DNA of 64,000 nucleotides from the IMG/VR virus record IMGVR_UViG_2915264867_000002, positions 22,942 through 86,941 of that record. One strand, given 5' to 3'. The notes beneath the pieces are model-generated. The model ran no database searches, was not told where the DNA came from, and saw only the letters and a list, made by a program, of their open reading frames with translations. A program made the translations under genes and the position numbers. Of this stretch, positions 45,886-55,165 are shown in pieces. The stretch's first letter is position 1. The number at the start of each line of letters is the position of its first letter. The DNA comes from a virus. Taxonomy: Duplodnaviria; Caudoviricetes.

Positions 45886-48150
45886 ATGTTTGTAACCAAG
45901 CGCGACGGCAGCACCCAACCACGCGACATCAACAAGATCCACAAACTGACCGAATGGGCCACCCAAGGCCTTGACGTATCCCAGTCCGAGCTGGAAATGA
46001 ACGCCAACCTACTGTTCTTCGACGGCATGAAGACCTCGATGATCCATGACTCGATCACCCAGGCGGCCGCAGGCCTGAACAACATCGAAGCGCAAGACTG
46101 GACCTTCGTCGCTGCACGGCTGGTGCTGCTCAAGCTGTATAAGGAAGCCTGGAACGACATCGATTATCCGCACCTGCGCACCTACCTGGTGGCCGGCGTG
46201 GCAAACTCGAAGCTCGACACGCGCCTGGTCAACCTGTTCGACCTGAACCGCCTGAACGACGCCATCGCGCCGGAGCGTGATCGTCAATTCACCTACATCG
46301 GCATCCAGACGCTGGCCGACCGGTACCTGATCCGCGACCAGCAAAAGCGCACCATTGAGCTGCCGCAGCACTTCTTCATGCGTGTTGCCATGGGCCTGTC
46401 GGTCCTCGAGGAAAAGCCTACCGAGCGCGCCATCGAGTTCTACAACGTGTTGTCGCACCACGAATTCATCAATTCCACACCCACCCTGTTCAACTCGGGC
46501 ACCCTGCACGCCCAACTGGCCAGCTGCTTCCTGAATTCGGTCGCCGACACCATTACCAATGACGAAGGCACCCACCGCTTCGCCTCGATCTACGGCACCA
46601 TCGAAGAATGCGCGATCCTGTCCAAGTACGCCGGTGGCCTGGGCACCGACTGGCATCGCTTGCGCGGCATGGGCGGCTATATCAAGGGCACCGACGGCAC
46701 CAGTTCGGGCATCGTGCCTTACTTGAAGGTGTTCAACGACACCGCAGTGGCGGTGAACCAAGGCGGCAAGCGCGCCGGCTCCTTCGCGGCCTACATCGAA
46801 CCGCACCACCCGGACGCCTTCGCTTTCATCGACCTCAAGAAGGAATCGGGCGACGACCGTCAACGCGCGCACGATATTTTTCCTGCATTCTGGATGAACG
46901 ACCTGTTCATGCAGCGCAAAGAAGAAAAAGGCGTCTGGAGCTTCTTCTGCCCACACACCTACCCGGAACTGCACGAGCTGTACGGCGAGGCGTTCGAAGC
47001 GCGCTACACCGAGCTGGAAACGGCTGGCAAGTACGTCGAGCAGGTTTCAGCGATGGACATGTGGAAGAAGATTCTGGGCGCCTTGTTCGAAACCGGCCAC
47101 CCGTGGATCACCTTCAAGGACGAGTGCAACCGCCGCAACCCGCAGCAGCACGTCGGCGTCGTTCACAGCTCCAACCTGTGCACGGAAATCACGCTCAACA
47201 CGAGCGACGACGAAACTGCCGTCTGCAACATCGGTAGCGTCAACATGGCAGTCATGAAGTCCACCGAGCACATGAAACGCGTGATCCGCACCGCCATGCG
47301 CATGCTGGACAACGTCATCGACATCAACTTCTATGGCAGCGACCGCGCGAAGGCATCGAACCTGCGCCACCGCCCTGTCGGCCTGGGCATGATGGGCTAC
47401 ACCGAATGGCTGGTGAAGAACGGCATCGACTGGGAAAGCCAGGAGCATCTGGAAGCGGCTGACAAACTGATGGAAGAGTTCTCGTACGCCGCCATCGACG
47501 CCTCCGCAGACCTGGCCATCGAGCGCGGCGCCTACGCTACGTTCCCGGGCAGCCTGTGGAGCAAAGGCATTCTGCCGATCGACACCGCCAAGCCTGCTGC
47601 AGTGGCGCTGACCTCCCACCAGCCCGACGTGGCCAAGTGGCAAGCGCTGCGCAACAAGGTGATGGCTACCGGCATGCGCAACTCAAACACCATGGCCATC
47701 GCTCCGACCGCCACTATTTCGAACATTGTCGGCACGACTCCGACCATCGAACCGATCTTCCTGCGCGAGGTGGTGAAGAAAAACCTGTCCGGTAGCTTCA
47801 TCGTCACCGATCCGTCGCTGCGCTACGGCCGCCCAGAGTTGTGCAAGGAAGCGTTCGAAGTCGATGCGATGTGGCTGCTCAAGGCCGCCGGCGTTCGTCA
47901 GAAATGGCCCGACCAGGCGCAGTCGACCAATATCTTCGTGAAGGCCAACGTCAAAGGTAAAGACCTGGACGTGATCTACACGACGGCTTGGCAACTGGGC
48001 TTGAAAACCACCTACTACCTGCGCGGCCAGTCGGCATCGGCAAAGACGGCAGAAGTTGGCCCAAAGGTAGAGATTCAGGCGCCGGTGGAAGAGGAACCAG
48101 TCAACAACCTCTGCAGCCTGGATAACCCTAACTGCGAATCCTGCCAGTAA
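45886..48150 (+). CDS. nrdA: Class Ia ribonucleotide reductase alpha subunit
   Basis: ATP cone (VTKRDG), STPTLFN, ASCF, SNLCTEI, AVCNIGS, TTYYLR, C-terminal CxxxxxxCESC. Confidence 0.95.
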   Translation: MFVTKRDGSTQPRDINKIHKLTEWATQGLDVSQSELEMNANLLFFDGMKTSMIHDSITQAAAGLNNIEAQDWTFVAARLVLLKLYKEAWNDIDYPHLRTYLVAGVANSKLDTRLVNLFDLNRLNDAIAPERDRQFTYIGIQTLADRYLIRDQQKRTIELPQHFFMRVAMGLSVLEEKPTERAIEFYNVLSHHEFINSTPTLFNSGTLHAQLASCFLNSVADTITNDEGTHRFASIYGTIEECAILSKYAGGLGTDWHRLRGMGGYIKGTDGTSSGIVPYLKVFNDTAVAVNQGGKRAGSFAAYIEPHHPDAFAFIDLKKESGDDRQRAHDIFPAFWMNDLFMQRKEEKGVWSFFCPHTYPELHELYGEAFEARYTELETAGKYVEQVSAMDMWKKILGALFETGHPWITFKDECNRRNPQQHVGVVHSSNLCTEITLNTSDDETAVCNIGSVNMAVMKSTEHMKRVIRTAMRMLDNVIDINFYGSDRAKASNLRHRPVGLGMMGYTEWLVKNGIDWESQEHLEAADKLMEEFSYAAIDASADLAIERGAYATFPGSLWSKGILPIDTAKPAAVALTSHQPDVAKWQALRNKVMATGMRNSNTMAIAPTATISNIVGTTPTIEPIFLREVVKKNLSGSFIVTDPSLRYGRPELCKEAFEVDAMWLLKAAGVRQKWPDQAQSTNIFVKANVKGKDLDVIYTTAWQLGLKTTYYLRGQSASAKTAEVGPKVEIQAPVEEEPVNNLCSLDNPNCESCQ

Positions 48151-48159
48151 CGCGGTAAC

Positions 48160-48181
48160 AAAAGGGGCTTCGGCCCCTTTT
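48160..48181 (+). terminator. Terminator-like hairpin with C(UUCG)G loop between nrdA and nrdB
   Basis: AAAAGGGGC-TTCG-GCCCC-TTTT. Confidence 0.75.
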
Positions 48182-48208
48182 CCTCAATTCCTCATTTACA
48201 GAAACACG

Positions 48209-49204
48209 ATGAACCTCATTGAAATGATCAACGCCCGCCGCCTGATCAACGGCCCCGAAGACAAGCTGATGTGCGTCTCGCCATTAAAGCACCCATGGGC
48301 GTGGGAAATGCTCGACCGAATGGAGAACAACCACTGGCTGCCGAAGTCGATTCCCATGGGCGACGATGTGCTGTGCTATCGCACCCGCATGGATCAGGCC
48401 GAGCGTCAAATGTACGACCGCTCCCTGGCCTTCTTGTCGAACCTGGACGGCATCCAGTTCAACAACCTGATCACCAACATCGGCCGGCACGTCACCTCCC
48501 CCGAAGCATCGATGACGCTCGCGCGCCAAGCCTACGAGGAGGCGAACCACGTTCGTTCCTACGCGACCATGACCGAGGCCGTTTCGCTGGCGCCGCAGGA
48601 AATCTACGGCATGTATCAGACCGACGAGATCCTGGCTAACAAGAACAAATTCATCATGGCCCAGTCCGACGAGCTGAAGGGCGACTTCACGCCAGTCAAG
48701 TTTGCCCTGGCGGTGATCGGCAATATCTGCCTGGAAGGCATCTACTTCTACTCAGGCTTCCTCAATTTTTACGTGCTGGCCAAAAACGGCAAGATGCTCA
48801 AGAGCGCCGACCACATCAAGTACATCCAGCGCGATGAGGAAACGCACCTGGAGTTCTTCTGCCGCATGTACGAGACGCTGCAGCAGGAGAATCCGGAAAT
48901 CTTCACGCCGGAATTCTACGCAGCAGCGCGCAAGCTCATGATGGCTGCCGTCGAGTTGGAAATCTCCTGGGGCAAACACACTATCGAAGGCGGCGTGCTG
49001 GGCCTGACCGACGCCATCGTCGAGCTGCGCATCAAGCACCTGGCTAACGTACGCGCTGCGCGCCTGGGCTGGGAACCGCTCTACCCCGGCGTGAAGAATC
49101 CAACCCCATGGGTGGAGAAGTTCTCGGCAGTGAACGGCTCCGAGGTGAACTTCTTTGAAGGTAAGCCGACGGACTATCAAGCAGGCGGTCTTGAATGGTC
49201 ATAA
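48209..49204 (+). CDS. nrdB: Ribonucleotide reductase beta subunit
   Basis: LDGIQ, EEANHVRSY (radical Tyr), LEGIYFYSGF, RDEETH. Confidence 0.95.
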   Translation: MNLIEMINARRLINGPEDKLMCVSPLKHPWAWEMLDRMENNHWLPKSIPMGDDVLCYRTRMDQAERQMYDRSLAFLSNLDGIQFNNLITNIGRHVTSPEASMTLARQAYEEANHVRSYATMTEAVSLAPQEIYGMYQTDEILANKNKFIMAQSDELKGDFTPVKFALAVIGNICLEGIYFYSGFLNFYVLAKNGKMLKSADHIKYIQRDEETHLEFFCRMYETLQQENPEIFTPEFYAAARKLMMAAVELEISWGKHTIEGGVLGLTDAIVELRIKHLANVRAARLGWEPLYPGVKNPTPWVEKFSAVNGSEVNFFEGKPTDYQAGGLEWS

Positions 49205-49226
49205 CTGACAGTTTTGCCTGAAAATG

Positions 49227-49244
49227 TAAGTAAGTACTGAGCTA
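49227..49244. promoter_or_regulatory. 18-bp box TAAGTAAGTACTGAGCTA in TTGCCT-N23-TATAAT
   Basis: Read directly (49214-49248). Confidence 0.85.
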
Positions 49245-49296
49245 TAATAAGTTCAAGCAAGGGCGCGATGCCCTTGCTGCAACAGGAGAGAAACCC

Positions 49297-49539
49297 ATGA
49301 CAGATAACGTTTTTCAGTTTAAGGCGAAGTCAGCGACCGCTGATGTTTCCCCGGCTGAGCAACAGGAAGTTGTCGCCGAAATGATGACGCAAAGCTGCGC
49401 AATGTTCGTGCTGTCCACCCTGGCCTTCTATGCAAACCAGGGCTTCGACCACGGCCACCGCGCGCGCGCAGCCATGCCGGCGATCAAGGAATTGCTGGCA
49501 ACAAAAGGCGTCAACGTCGAATTCGCACAACCGCAGTAA
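49297..49539 (+). CDS. Hypothetical protein
   Basis: SD AGGAG. Confidence 0.6.
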   Translation: MTDNVFQFKAKSATADVSPAEQQEVVAEMMTQSCAMFVLSTLAFYANQGFDHGHRARAAMPAIKELLATKGVNVEFAQPQ

Positions 49540-49596
49540 TCCACACGCCGTCCAGACTCACATCGGTATTGTTTATTTTTCAACCATAAGGGAATT

Positions 49597-50007
49597 ATGA
49601 AACGTTCACTCTTAGCCATCGCAATGCTGACTTCGCTGGCAGCTTGCAGCCGTCAGCAGGAAGTGCCACCTCACGCGGTCGCGCCGGCGGCCCAGCCAAT
49701 CCAGGTAGCAGCGCAGCCGGCCGCAGCAGCGCCAGTGATCATCAACCAGGCGCCGGCCGCAACTCCAAGCTCGGGCGTGGGCGACATGCTCATGGGCGGC
49801 GCGGTGGGTTACATGCTGGGTTCGGCAGGCAATCGCAATTCGAACAATCACGCGGCCCCAGTCCCAGCGCCGGCCACCCGTGTAATTAACCGGACTACCG
49901 TCATCAACAAGACCGTGGTCATCAAGCGGCAGCCGAAGGTCAACCTGAGCAAGTCAAGCTCGTACCGGTCCAGCTTCTCCAGCTCGCGCAGCGGGAGCCG
50001 TCGCTAA
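49597..50007 (+). CDS. Lipoprotein with Ser/Arg-rich tail
   Basis: Lipobox LAAC; C-terminus SKSSSYRSSFSSSRSGSRR. Confidence 0.7.
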   Translation: MKRSLLAIAMLTSLAACSRQQEVPPHAVAPAAQPIQVAAQPAAAAPVIINQAPAATPSSGVGDMLMGGAVGYMLGSAGNRNSNNHAAPVPAPATRVINRTTVINKTVVIKRQPKVNLSKSSSYRSSFSSSRSGSRR

Positions 50008-50135
50008 TGTCGTTCGCCGCAATTCCATTTAGCACCTTGTTCTGGACCGTAGTGTCGTCGGCAGCTGTCGGCTTCGTTCTCGGCGCCATCGTCTCGCACA
50101 AGGCCCACGTTTTCTACAAAAAGCACGCAGCATGA
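50007..50135 (+). CDS. 42-aa single-TM protein (not in ORF track)
   Basis: MSFAAIPFSTLFWTVVSSAAVGFVLGAIVSHKAHVFYKKHAA; TAATG and ATGA overlaps. Confidence 0.6.
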   Translation: MSFAAIPFSTLFWTVVSSAAVGFVLGAIVSHKAHVFYKKHAA

Positions 50136-51037
50136 GCGCCACCGTCAAAATTATCGAACACAGTATTGCCCCGAACGGCAAAGAGCTGGTTACGTTCCAA
50201 GTGAAGTACCAGCGCTTCATTCACGCGGAAGCAAAAACGCACCGTGCAATGACCATCGCCGACCAGTCGGTAGAGCTGCTGCAGGAAGTCGGCCTGATGG
50301 ACTGTGCTGATCTGTCGCGCAATGCCAGTTCCTCGCGCGCCATCCCGGTCAACAAGATGATCGCCGCCACCCTGGCCGATCCAGCTTTCTTCTCGCATGT
50401 CGGCAAAAACCAGCCAGGCATGCAAGCGCGTGAAGAAGTCTCGCCCGAAGTCAAAGCGCAGTTCAAGAAGGAATGGATCGAGCTGGCCGAAATCGTTGGT
50501 GGCTTCGTTGACCGCTGGTCGAACGGCTACGGCATCCACAAGCAGGTGGCCAACCGCGCGCTGGAACCGTGGCAGCACATCAGCGTGATCGTCACCGCGA
50601 CCGAACTGGACAATTTCTTTGCGCTGCGCGACCACGTTGATGCGCAGCCGGAGATCCGCGACCTGGCCATCCTCATGAAGGCGGCCCTGGCCTCCTCCAC
50701 GCCAACGTTGCGCACCGAAGATCCGGGCCGCGCTACTTCGTGGCACCTGCCGTACGTGACGGCCGCCGAGCGTCTGGAATACCACGGCCAGCCGGCGTAC
50801 CTGGCCCAACTGTCGGCGGCACGCTGCGCGCGCGTTTCGTACCTCACCCACGATGGCCAGGCGCCATCGGTGGAGAAAGACATCGCCCTGTTCATGAGCC
50901 TGGTTGGCAGCGAACCGCTGCACGCCTCGCCAGTTGAGCACCAGGCATACCCGCTTCTGCTGTCGGACACCCGCTGCAAGAACTTCGTCGGCTGGCAGCA
51001 ATACCGCCAGATCGTCGAGCAATCCTTTATCAAATAA
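50132..51037 (+). CDS. thyX: ThyX-like flavin-dependent thymidylate synthase (phage type)
   Basis: RFIHAE..THR...SRNASSSRAIP, NR.LEPW, NFFALR, ARCARVSY, HASPVEH. Confidence 0.8.
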   Translation: MSATVKIIEHSIAPNGKELVTFQVKYQRFIHAEAKTHRAMTIADQSVELLQEVGLMDCADLSRNASSSRAIPVNKMIAATLADPAFFSHVGKNQPGMQAREEVSPEVKAQFKKEWIELAEIVGGFVDRWSNGYGIHKQVANRALEPWQHISVIVTATELDNFFALRDHVDAQPEIRDLAILMKAALASSTPTLRTEDPGRATSWHLPYVTAAERLEYHGQPAYLAQLSAARCARVSYLTHDGQAPSVEKDIALFMSLVGSEPLHASPVEHQAYPLLLSDTRCKNFVGWQQYRQIVEQSFIK

Positions 51038-51049
51038 CCGGAGAACCAC

Positions 51050-51334
51050 ATGCTGCAAAACTTACTCGCCGCTCTGCGCGGCAAGAAAAACACCACCGCT
51101 GTCGTCATGACCGCCTTCGGCAAGACCCTGTCCGAACTGCGCCAGGTGGAATCGGAGCACGAGAAACAGGCAGCGGAAGCTGCAATCAGCGCCCAACAGG
51201 CCCAGGCCGAGCACGCGGCCGCCAAGCAGGAAGCTGCCACCGCTGCCGCCGTCGCTGCCCGCCTGGAGTCGCTGATCAGCACCAGTGCTGCGGCCGCCGA
51301 AGGCTTCTCCGACATTCGCCCAGTCGCCGTCTGA
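51050..51334 (+). CDS. Hypothetical coiled-coil protein
   Basis: SD GGAG. Confidence 0.6.
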   Translation: MLQNLLAALRGKKNTTAVVMTAFGKTLSELRQVESEHEKQAAEAAISAQQAQAEHAAAKQEAATAAAVAARLESLISTSAAAAEGFSDIRPVAV

Positions 51335-51383
51335 ACCATATCCATGCTGCGGCGCTGCCGCAGCATCGTCCAAAAGGAACAAT

Positions 51384-52085
51384 ATGCAATTCGAACAATA
51401 TCAAGGGCTGGCCCTCAAGACCGAGTCGGTGCCGGCGGCTCTGCACATCAACCAATTCGCGCTCCTGTCGGTGCTGGACATCGCCATTGCGGCCACGAAG
51501 ATCGCCGACCTGGCAAAGCGCAAGCTCTACTACGGCAAGGACTTCCCGCAGGAGCGACTGGTCGGCGAGCTTGAAGGCTTGTTTGCGTCCGTACTTTCCT
51601 TCAAGGATCTAGCCGCCGCCGACAGCAGCGGCGAAATCAACAACCCCGAGGGGCCGCACGGGGAGCTGCTGGCAGAAGAATTCCGCGGTATTTCCCTGGA
51701 CAAGCTCAACATTCGTCTGCTGCATGGCGCACTGGGACTGTTCACCGAGTCAGGCGAACAGCTGGAAGCGCTGCGCGTGCAGTTCTTGGGCAAGGGACTG
51801 GACATGGTCAACTTCGCCGAAGAAGTGGGCGACGCCAACTGGTACGACGCGGTGCAGAAGGACGAGCTGGCCAAGCTTGCCGCCGCCGACGGCAAGAGCA
51901 TCAACGACGCTACGATCCGCTTGAGCAACATCACCAAGCTGCAAGGCAATGCCAAGCTCAAGGGCCGCTACGCCGAAGGCGACTTCAACGTGATCGACGC
52001 GCTCAATCGCAACTTGGCGCGTGAGCGCGCGCTGCTGGAGTCCTCCGACGACTCGGCTGCTGTTGCCGACACCAAGGTGGCGTAA
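51384..52085 (+). CDS. mazG-like: MazG-like nucleotide pyrophosphohydrolase
   Basis: LLHGALGLFTESGE...EEVGDANWY, N..KL..RY; ATG 51384. Confidence 0.75.
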   Translation: MQFEQYQGLALKTESVPAALHINQFALLSVLDIAIAATKIADLAKRKLYYGKDFPQERLVGELEGLFASVLSFKDLAAADSSGEINNPEGPHGELLAEEFRGISLDKLNIRLLHGALGLFTESGEQLEALRVQFLGKGLDMVNFAEEVGDANWYDAVQKDELAKLAAADGKSINDATIRLSNITKLQGNAKLKGRYAEGDFNVIDALNRNLARERALLESSDDSAAVADTKVA

Positions 52086-52087
52086 CC

Positions 52088-52363
52088 ATGGCGAAGAAAA
52101 TCTACCCGTACAACGCCTTCGTCGTGACCGCAGCGCTGTCCATCAGGGAAGTGACCCTTACGGGGCCAGGCCCGCGCTGGGTTTCTTCCTGGGAGCAGTC
52201 CGCGCACGGTCCTACTTACAGCAAGCGCGACCTCCACCCCACCCGGGGCGAGGCAATCACGGCCGCCAAATTGAAACTGGTTGACCAGGAAGCGCGCCTC
52301 GCGAAAAGCCAACTGAACCTGGCCCAGCGTCGCGCCAACCTGGCGAAAGCCGAGGCGGCGTAA
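52088..52363 (+). CDS. Hypothetical protein
   Basis: ORF track. Confidence 0.55.
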   Translation: MAKKIYPYNAFVVTAALSIREVTLTGPGPRWVSSWEQSAHGPTYSKRDLHPTRGEAITAAKLKLVDQEARLAKSQLNLAQRRANLAKAEAA

Positions 52364-52995
52364 TGATCGGTCTGTGCGGCGCCCACCGAACGGGCAAGAC
52401 CAGCCTGGCGCGGGCCTACACGCAAGCGACCGGCGCCATGTTCATCGAGTCGCCAGTCACGAAGATCTGGACCGAGCTGGGCCTGGACCCTTCCAAGCCC
52501 AACTTCGACTTCAAGACCCGGCTCGATGCGCAAGAGCTGATCCTCGAGCGCTTGGACAAAGAGTACGCGGCCGCCGCCGGCGTCAATGCGATCGCCGACC
52601 GTACGCCGATCGACATGCTGGGCTACACCATGGCCGAGGCATTGAGCAACAACGTCACCGACGCCGACATGGATCGGTTCCACCGTTACGTGCAGCGTTG
52701 CTTCGACGTGCTCAACCGGCGCTTCTCCGTCCTGCTGCTGATCCAGCCAGGCATTGCCTTGCAGCCGGCGGCGAACAAGGGAGCGCTCAATGAGGCATAC
52801 ATCGCGCACTTGAACAGCCTGATGTTCGGCTTGTCCGTCGACGAGCGCGTCCATATTCCGCACTTCTATATGCCGCGCGCCAACACGGATCTGGCAGAGC
52901 GCCTGACCTCGCTCAAGAACGCGGTGGCGCGCAGCCACCAAAGCGTGCAACGGGAATGCGCCCAGCTCAAGTTGGACGGCGTGGCAATGCAGTAG
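52363..52995 (+). CDS. P-loop nucleotide kinase-like protein (AAA_28/dNMP kinase type)
   Basis: IGLCGAHRTGKTSLA, IADRTPID. Confidence 0.7.
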   Translation: MIGLCGAHRTGKTSLARAYTQATGAMFIESPVTKIWTELGLDPSKPNFDFKTRLDAQELILERLDKEYAAAAGVNAIADRTPIDMLGYTMAEALSNNVTDADMDRFHRYVQRCFDVLNRRFSVLLLIQPGIALQPAANKGALNEAYIAHLNSLMFGLSVDERVHIPHFYMPRANTDLAERLTSLKNAVARSHQSVQRECAQLKLDGVAMQ

Positions 52996-53124
52996 GCAAC
53001 ACATCAGGCATGGTCGCGCGCGACTTGTAAGTCCTGACATCAATTCTTAAACTTATTTCATCAAATCAGTAAATGCAGAAACAAAGAATTCATTAAATGC
53101 GTGAAGTCACGCAATGGGAATGCC

Positions 53125-53325
53125 ATGTTTGAAAAGAAAATTAATGTCGAGCGGGCGCATATCCTGGCCAGCGCAAAGCAGCGCGAATACTTCGTTCCTA
53201 AATACGGCCACCGGTTTGAGGCGCTGCGCAAAGTTACCCGCCGCATGCTCTCCGAAGGCGTGCTGAAAAAGGTTGGCGCGGACGGTCGTGGCTTCTACTA
53301 CCGCGCAGGAGAGCAGCATGTCTAA
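53125..53325 (+). CDS. Hypothetical protein
   Basis: ATG 53125 in ORF 53101-53325. Confidence 0.5.
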   Translation: MFEKKINVERAHILASAKQREYFVPKYGHRFEALRKVTRRMLSEGVLKKVGADGRGFYYRAGEQHV

Positions 53326-53734
53326 CCTGCCCACCCTCAAGGAAGAATTAGACCGCAAATCGTTCGCGACGGTCGAGTGGCTGTATTCATCGCTCGAGCG
53401 CGGCCGCATTACGCCAGCCCAGTTCTCCACCGGTTTAGACGCCCTGTTCATGGCCGTCAGCGGCATCACCGACGACGGTGTGGTGGACCTGATCACCGCC
53501 GGCAGCGGCGCGGCAGCCAAAGAGGTCGCACGCGTTCGCCGCATCCTGGTTAAGGGCGCGCTCACGGTGCTGATCGACTGGAAGGTTGCCGACGAAAGTG
53601 TCACAGTCGCGAAGTACAGCGCAGGTGCGCAAATCGGCTCGGAGGTCAAAACCCTGGCAACCCCGGCAGCCGCGCGCGAAGCGATGAACGCCATGGTGCA
53701 AAAGCTCCTGGCGATGAAGTTTGAAGAATTATGA
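53318..53734 (+). CDS. Hypothetical protein
   Basis: SD GGAG, ATG 53318. Confidence 0.6.
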   Translation: MSNLPTLKEELDRKSFATVEWLYSSLERGRITPAQFSTGLDALFMAVSGITDDGVVDLITAGSGAAAKEVARVRRILVKGALTVLIDWKVADESVTVAKYSAGAQIGSEVKTLATPAAAREAMNAMVQKLLAMKFEEL

Positions 53735-54165
53735 AAGCGGCCACCTCAATCGCCGCTCTGCTGTCGGTGGACATCACCGAGCTGGAGCAGCTGATGCTCG
53801 ACGTGATCGAGGCAACCGGCGCCACCGGCTGCATTTCGGACGAAGTGCTTGCCTGTTACCCGTCTCTGTCCTATTCGTCGGTCACGGCACGCTTCTCCTC
53901 CCTGGAGAAGAAAGGCGTCATCTACCGTTCCGGCGACACGCGCCCAGGAGACTCCGGCCGCGCCCAACAAGTTATGCGCAGCGTCGCACACCTGGCGGCA
54001 ATACCCGTCACAGTGCCGCGCGTTCGCAAGGTGGCCGGCAAGGTCAAACGCACCGGTTTTATGAAGGGGCTGATCTACGCAGCCGAATTGGTATCGAAGG
54101 CACCCGACTTGGCAACCGCCAAGCGACAACTGAAGGCCGCGCTCCTCAAGGCGGCAAAACGATAG
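53731..54165 (+). CDS. Winged-helix-like DNA-binding protein
   Basis: SDEV......YSSVTARFSSLEKKGVIY. Confidence 0.5.
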   Translation: MKAATSIAALLSVDITELEQLMLDVIEATGATGCISDEVLACYPSLSYSSVTARFSSLEKKGVIYRSGDTRPGDSGRAQQVMRSVAHLAAIPVTVPRVRKVAGKVKRTGFMKGLIYAAELVSKAPDLATAKRQLKAALLKAAKR

Positions 54166-54176
54166 GAAAGGGATTT

Positions 54177-54506
54177 ATGGCACGTCTTTTCATTCCAAAA
54201 CTTGGCACCGCGCTGAAGCTGGCGGCCGACTGGAGCTTCAACCTGGCCGGCGACCGCTTGAACGATGGCTTATTCAAGGCGCTGCGCAAGCCGCGCGCCC
54301 TGTTCACCGACTCCGGCGCCGAAGTAACGCTCCCCGCCGGCACGGAGCTGGTGGTGCGCAAGTACTACATCCGTCTGGGCCAGTGCGAGAACGACCACAT
54401 CACGTTTGCGGCGCGCATCAACGGCAAGTCCCACCGCTTCTTCGCCAAGCTGTGTGACGTAAATCGCATCGAGTATGCCGAACCAGCGCCGCACCCGCTT
54501 GCGTAA
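54177..54506 (+). CDS. Hypothetical protein
   Basis: ATG 54177 in ORF 53721-54506. Confidence 0.55.
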   Translation: MARLFIPKLGTALKLAADWSFNLAGDRLNDGLFKALRKPRALFTDSGAEVTLPAGTELVVRKYYIRLGQCENDHITFAARINGKSHRFFAKLCDVNRIEYAEPAPHPLA

Positions 54507-54560
54507 AGTAGCAATTCTGCAAATCAGTATTTCTGTGAAACCGTAATTAAGGAGAGAGTT

Positions 54561-55109
54561 TTGAATCAATTACAGATCGTCATCACCGGGCCACTGCCGC
54601 CGGCACAAGATCCAGAGTTTGTCGGCGACATTCTCAAGGGCGTTTCCGACGAAGCTTACGAAGGCGAATTGAGCGGCGTGGAGACCATCGTGTCTCTCGG
54701 CAGCGAAGAAGACGGCGGCGGCCGCCGCGATTACGCCTGGGCGGTGCGCGAGGTTCCCGCTGACCCGATGAAAACCCGCGAGTATGCCAGCGAGGCCGCC
54801 AAGAAACTGCCAAGCGGGATGTATCTGGGCTTGTTCCACGGTCGTGCGTCCGTCGGCCAGGTTATGAACGGCTGGGGCACCAACGGCCCGATGATCCCGA
54901 TCGCCGGCTTTCACGCCACCTATGGCAGCCGCTTGCGCTTTCGCTTTGCCAACCCCGAGCAGGCTCGGGAATTCTCCGAGAACACCGGTCTGGGTGCTAA
55001 CAAGGCGTGTGACGAATGGGCCGACGCCAAAGTCATCGACGACTTGATCCAATACAAGGACCGCTTCTACGGCGACTGGTGCATCTTCAACCACATCCAG
55101 GGCACTTGA
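54561..55109 (+). CDS. Hypothetical protein
   Basis: TTG with SD AAGGAG. Confidence 0.55.
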   Translation: MNQLQIVITGPLPPAQDPEFVGDILKGVSDEAYEGELSGVETIVSLGSEEDGGGRRDYAWAVREVPADPMKTREYASEAAKKLPSGMYLGLFHGRASVGQVMNGWGTNGPMIPIAGFHATYGSRLRFRFANPEQAREFSENTGLGANKACDEWADAKVIDDLIQYKDRFYGDWCIFNHIQGT

Positions 55110-55165
55110 AGCCAACAGCGCGTAAGCCCTACCACCCTCCATTTAAACCGATATTAAGGAATAAA

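Noticed and set aside
50132-52995. Modified-base pathway (dZ, 7-deazaguanine, hmU, uracil-DNA)
   Set aside because: MazG-like and kinase genes are present, but no PurZ, Que/Dpd, dCMP deaminase or transferase motif is recognisable; ThyX points to ordinary thymidine.
53062-54536. CAAATCAGTA at about 53063 and 54520 as additional boxes
   Set aside because: Only a partial half-site match in AT-rich gaps; too degenerate to count.
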